Assembly (NCBI GenBank): GCA_030390025.1 | Contig: CM059432.1 | Span: forward strand, 22,508,001-22,572,000 | Reading direction: 5' to 3' | DNA length: 64,000 nt | Source of the DNA: Squalus acanthias | Lineage: Eukaryota | Shown here: positions 62,934 to 64,000 of the stretch, piece after piece | How positions within the stretch are numbered: position 1 is the first letter of the stretch | How the letters are laid out: every line of letters begins with the position of its first letter | Notes under the pieces: generated by a model | Told to the model about the DNA's origin: nothing | What the model saw: the letters and a program-made list of their open reading frames with translations, nothing else | Database searches by the model: none | Program-made: the position numbers and the translations under genes

Positions 62934-63236
62934 CTTTTTCTTAGGCAGTCCCTCAGAACCGAGGATGACTTGCTTCCACACTAAAAATGAGTTCTCAGGT
63001 GACTGATGAGTCCAATGCGGGACCTAGAGTCTCTGTCACAGGTGGGGCAGACGGTGGTTGAAGGGGCGGGTGGGTGGGGTGCTTGGGTTGACGTGCGCTC
63101 CTTGCGCTGCTTGTCTTCCGCTTGCTCCCGGCGAAGAGACTCGAGGTGTTCAGCGCCTTCCCGGATGCTTCTCCTCCACTTTGTGCGGTCTTGGGCCAGG
63201 GATTCCCAGGTGTCGGTGGGGATGTTGCACTTCTTG
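62934..63236 (-). mobile_element. RTE LINE 3' fragment with a 52-bp TSD
   Basis: Closely matches 37310-37604 (DTWESLAQDRTKWRRSI..CPTCDRD.RSRIGLISHLR); flanked by direct repeats 62882-62933 / 63237-63288. Confidence 0.93.
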
Positions 63237-63369
63237 TACAGAAAAGAACAGTGTCTACTCTGCATTCCTTAGCACCCAGAGGTGAGATGAGCCAGCTAGA
63301 ATAGTCAACATTTTTGATCCCATTTCCTCCCCTTTCTCACCTGTAGATATTGGCTCATTCAGAGATACA

Positions 63370-64000
63370 GGGGTAGAAATTCATTGTGGCCCGTTTTCAG
63401 GCACATCCTGACTGCTCTACCAGCACGCTCGAACCAGGAGGCCCAAGGCTCGTTAGAATTGAACCTGGGGCCTCATTGCAATAATAGCGCCGAGCTGCCA
63501 GCGCCAGTAGGGATCCCGAAACAGGTAGCAGACCCCCCCTCACTTACATTTGCAATTTTCAGGAGGGCACCACAGGCACCTGGGCAGCTGCCTGTTCCAG
63601 TATGGTAGCACCTGCAACCTGGGCACAGATCGCACCCTTCAATTGGTCCCATTTTACAACTATCTGCCTCGTAGGACCCCGACTTTAACATATTCATGAG
63701 ACCCACGCCTTCTTGTGGTGGGTGCCTCCAATGCTTCCAAAAACTCAGATGTTAAAATTGGAGGCAGACAGGAGACATCCTGCCTGACATCCCTTTGTTG
63801 GTCGTATCCTTCTTCTTGCAAACACCTCAGATGAGGGGGTTTCCATTGGGAAACCCATTGGGGCTAGGTGTGGTGTTGATGGTGAAACAAATTTGAACAA
63901 TTGATACAAAGGCTTTTGCAAAGCTAAGTAGCAGAAAAATACGTTAAAAAATGAAGAAAAAAAATGAGGGAATGATTGAAATTCACTTCCCCTCATTATT
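63370..64000. mobile_element. Probable decayed Harbinger-type element end
   Basis: Starts ggggtagaaattc, like the other GGGG-terminus elements; no partner TIR identified. Confidence 0.4.

Noticed and set aside
1..64000. CRISPR arrays, operons or prokaryotic defence systems
   Set aside because: There is no regularly spaced repeat-spacer array and no dense coding; the content is vertebrate interspersed repeats.

Overview
This is a vertebrate, repeat-dominated window, most likely from a cartilaginous fish (shark). That is inferred from an HE1-like V-SINE, SacSINE1-like DeuSINEs and the LINE families present. I find no intact protein-coding gene, no CRISPR array and no prokaryotic features; nearly all ORF-track entries are decayed transposon frames or their antisense. 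The window contains many CR1 fragments, L2, RTE/BovB-like and Tx1-like LINEs, a second CR1-group LINE, a Penelope-like element (RT plus GIY-YIG) and four solo LTRs. It also holds an unusually rich set of PIF/Harbinger derivatives: Myb/SANT and transposase remnants, and MITEs with GGCC/GGGGG TIRs and 3-bp TSDs, often deeply nested. Most notable: (i) minimal hammerhead-ribozyme motifs in a Penelope pLTR and in two ~217-bp fold-back mini-elements with 12-13-bp TSDs; (ii) a MITE family built from hairpins whose structure is kept while the sequence changes; (iii) a tRNA-like head at the 5' end of a LINE; (iv) an 8.6-kb nested stack inside one Harbinger; (v) a candidate 33-nt host microexon with a 28-bp hairpin just behind its donor. 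Boundaries without a stated TSD or TIR are approximate, and family names come from motif recognition, not database searches.
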